From NCBI GenBank assembly GCA_050293885.1, contig JBNKNO010000008.1:21857-85856 (forward strand): a DNA stretch of 64,000 bases, given 5' to 3'. Shown in pieces: positions 61,828-64,000 of this stretch. A model generated the notes under the pieces. The model was not told where the DNA came from. It saw nothing but the letters and a program-made list of their open reading frames with translations, and made no database searches. Source of the stretch: Rhodocyclaceae bacterium. Lineage in GTDB: Bacteria > Pseudomonadota > Gammaproteobacteria > Burkholderiales > Rhodocyclaceae. A program made the translations under genes and the position numbers. How positions within the stretch are numbered: position 1 is the first letter of the stretch; each line of letters opens with the position of its first letter.

Positions 61828-63558
61828 ATGTCCTCTGCCCCCGCCAACGAAGCCAACGCCAGCAGCCAGAATTTCATCCGTACCGCGATCGACGCGGACC
61901 GGCGCCAGGGCAAATGGGGCGGTCGTGTCGAAACCCGCTTTCCGCCGGAACCCAACGGCTATCTGCACTACGGCCACGCCAAGTCGATCTGCCTGAACTT
62001 CACCCTCGCGCAAGCGTATGACGGCGTGTGCCATTTGCGTTTTGACGACACCAATCCCACCAGGGAAGAGCAGGAATACGTCGACGCCATCATCGAATCC
62101 GTGCGCTGGCTGGGTTTCGAGTGGGGCGAGCACGAATACTTCGCCTCCGACTACTTCGCGCGCATGGCCGAAGCGGCCGAGTACCTCATCCGCGCCGGCA
62201 AGGCCTATGTCGAGTCGCTGTCGGCCGACGACATGCGCGCCTATCGCGGCACGCTCACCGAAGCGGGCAAGGACAGCCCCTTCCGCAACCGCAGCGTGGA
62301 GGAGAACCTCGATCTGTTTGCGCGCATGAAGGCCGGCGAGTTTCCCGACGGCACCCACGTGCTGCGTGCCAAAATCGACATGGCCTCGCCCAACATGAAC
62401 CTGCGCGACCCGGCCATCTACCGCATCCGCCACGCGGCACACCACCGCACCGGCGACGCCTGGTGCATCTATCCGATGTACACCTTCGCGCATCCCATCG
62501 AAGACGCCATCGAGAACATCACGCACTCCCTGTGCACACTTGAGTTCGAAGACCAGCGCCCGTTCTACGACTGGCTGCTCGAGCAACTGGCCGAAGGGGG
62601 GTTCTTCACCCGCCCGCTACCGCAGCAGATCGAATTCGCGCGCCTCAACCTCACCTATGTGGTGCTCTCCAAGCGCAAGCTGATCGACCTGGTCGAAGGC
62701 GGCCATGTGGACGGCTGGGACGACCCGCGCATGCCCACGCTCGTGGGCGCCCGCCGCCGCGGCTTCACGCCCGAGGGCTTCCGCCAGTTCATGGAGCGGG
62801 CCGGTGTCTCCAAGTCGAACACCTGGATCGACATGAGCGTGCTCGAAGAGAACATGCGCGAGCACCTGAACGAAACCGCCGAGCGCCGCGTCGCCGTGCT
62901 CGATCCGGTCAAACTCATCGTTACCAACTACCCCGAGGGCCAGAGCGAGGAATGCAGCGCACCGAACCACCCGCTCAAACCCGAGCTGGGCCAGCGCAGC
63001 ATGCCTTTCGCGCGCGAGCTGTGGATCGAACGCGAAGATTTCATGGAAGAACCCGTCAAGGGCTTCCGCCGCCTGTTTCCGGGCAACAAGGTGCGCCTGC
63101 GCTACGGCTTCGTCGTCGAATGCACCGGCTGCGAGAAAGACGCCGACGGCAACATCACCGCCGTGTTGTGCGAGTACTTCCCCGACTCCAAATCCGGCAC
63201 GCCGGGCGCGGACAACTACAAGGTCAAGGGCAACCTGCACTGGGTCAGCGTAGCGCATGCCTGCCAGGCCGAAGTACGCCTCTACGACCGGCTGTTCGCC
63301 TACCCGCACCCCGGCCAGCGCCGTGAAGGTGACGCCGAAGACCTCGAGCGCGACTTCCTCGACGACCTCAATCCGGACTCCAAGCGCTGCATCGTCGCGC
63401 AACTCGAACCCTCACTCGCGCAGGTTGCCCCAGAATCCCGCTTTCAGTTCGAGCGGCATGGCTATTTCGTGGCCGACCGTTTCGATCACCAAATCGGTGC
63501 CCCTGTGTTCAATCGCACGGCAACCTTGAGGGATTCATGGAAGAATTCAGGCTCCTGA
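61828..63558 (+). CDS. glnS: Glutaminyl-tRNA synthetase
   Basis: 576 aa from ATG 61828; RFPPEPNGYLHYGHAKS (HIGH region), VLSKRKL (KMSKS equivalent). Confidence 0.95.
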   Translation: MSSAPANEANASSQNFIRTAIDADRRQGKWGGRVETRFPPEPNGYLHYGHAKSICLNFTLAQAYDGVCHLRFDDTNPTREEQEYVDAIIESVRWLGFEWGEHEYFASDYFARMAEAAEYLIRAGKAYVESLSADDMRAYRGTLTEAGKDSPFRNRSVEENLDLFARMKAGEFPDGTHVLRAKIDMASPNMNLRDPAIYRIRHAAHHRTGDAWCIYPMYTFAHPIEDAIENITHSLCTLEFEDQRPFYDWLLEQLAEGGFFTRPLPQQIEFARLNLTYVVLSKRKLIDLVEGGHVDGWDDPRMPTLVGARRRGFTPEGFRQFMERAGVSKSNTWIDMSVLEENMREHLNETAERRVAVLDPVKLIVTNYPEGQSEECSAPNHPLKPELGQRSMPFARELWIEREDFMEEPVKGFRRLFPGNKVRLRYGFVVECTGCEKDADGNITAVLCEYFPDSKSGTPGADNYKVKGNLHWVSVAHACQAEVRLYDRLFAYPHPGQRREGDAEDLERDFLDDLNPDSKRCIVAQLEPSLAQVAPESRFQFERHGYFVADRFDHQIGAPVFNRTATLRDSWKNSGS

Positions 63559-63604
63559 TGGCGTTGCACGCGTAGCGCCCCACCCGCACCCAAACGCTCA
63601 ACCG

Positions 63605-64000
63605 ATGAAAACGCGCACGCTCTACGACGTCCTCCAAGTCACCCCCAACGCCGCACCGCAAATCCTGCGCGCGGCGCACGACCATCTGAGCGCGCAGCAC
63701 GAGTTGGCCGGGGACCCGGCCGCCAAGCGACTCGTCAACGATGCCTACACAACGTTGATGGATGCTTCCACACGCGCCGCCTACGACCGCAAACTTGCCG
63801 AGTTGAACGCCCAGCAGGACAGCGTGCCGACCCCGCCGCCGCTAGCCAAACAAGGCATGCCAACCTGGGGTCGATGGCTGGCCATCATTCTGGCCATCGG
63901 CGTGGGCTACGGTGCGGCGACCATGTGGCATCAGCGCGAGCTGACGCGCATGGTGCTCGAACACCAGGCGCAACTCGTCGAGCGTCAGGCCCAGATTCAG
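63605..64000 (+). CDS. J-domain-like membrane protein, N-terminal part (3' end outside window)
   Basis: ATG 63605, open to the window edge (not in the ORF track because no stop is reached). TLYDVLQV...AAYDRKL resembles a J domain, but HPD is HEL. TM segment WGRWLAIILAIGVGYGAATMW. Confidence 0.5.
   Translation, partial: MKTRTLYDVLQVTPNAAPQILRAAHDHLSAQHELAGDPAAKRLVNDAYTTLMDASTRAAYDRKLAELNAQQDSVPTPPPLAKQGMPTWGRWLAIILAIGVGYGAATMWHQRELTRMVLEHQAQLVERQAQIQ

Overview
High-GC chromosomal segment (mid-60s % by eye). Gene content and order look betaproteobacterial: leuS-lptE-holA-proA; tsaD divergent from rpsU-yqeY-dnaG-rpoD-tRNA(CAU); folB/plsY; a Bv3F-type H-NS. A Rhodocyclales-like (Thauera/Azoarcus-type) origin is an inference only. 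I call about 53 protein-coding genes (two truncated by the window edges), one tRNA, four Rho-independent terminators, one sigma70-type promoter and one ~220-bp nested inverted-repeat (MITE/REP-like) element. I saw no transposase, integrase, phage, CRISPR, toxin-antitoxin or recognisable anti-phage defence genes, so this is core genome rather than an island. Its unusual property is very dense signal transduction, especially c-di-GMP turnover. Seven such proteins are present: a partial EAL, GAF-GGDEF, REC-degenerate HD-GYP, PAS-GGDEF-EAL, REC-HD-GYP, REC-PAS-degenerate GGDEF-EAL, plus REC-HDOD. There are also four histidine kinases, two of them unorthodox hybrids. The best candidates for undescribed biology are: (1) a TonB-dependent receptor / YfiR-like (DUF4154) / unorthodox kinase / REC-PAS-GGDEF*-EAL operon (53967-61607); (2) a translationally coupled FIST / cytoplasmic kinase / REC-HDOD / REC-degenerate-HD-GYP operon (6866-11347); (3) two structured intergenic regions that may encode RNAs (about 2760-2975 and 26843-26958); (4) the nested palindromic repeat between the cytochrome b561 and cytochrome c' genes. 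All family assignments come from motif recognition by eye; no database search or folding computation was run. The ORF track renders GTG/TTG starts as M, and several track ORFs carry spurious N-terminal extensions that I trimmed to the first start codon consistent with homologue N-termini, in some cases with a visible RBS.
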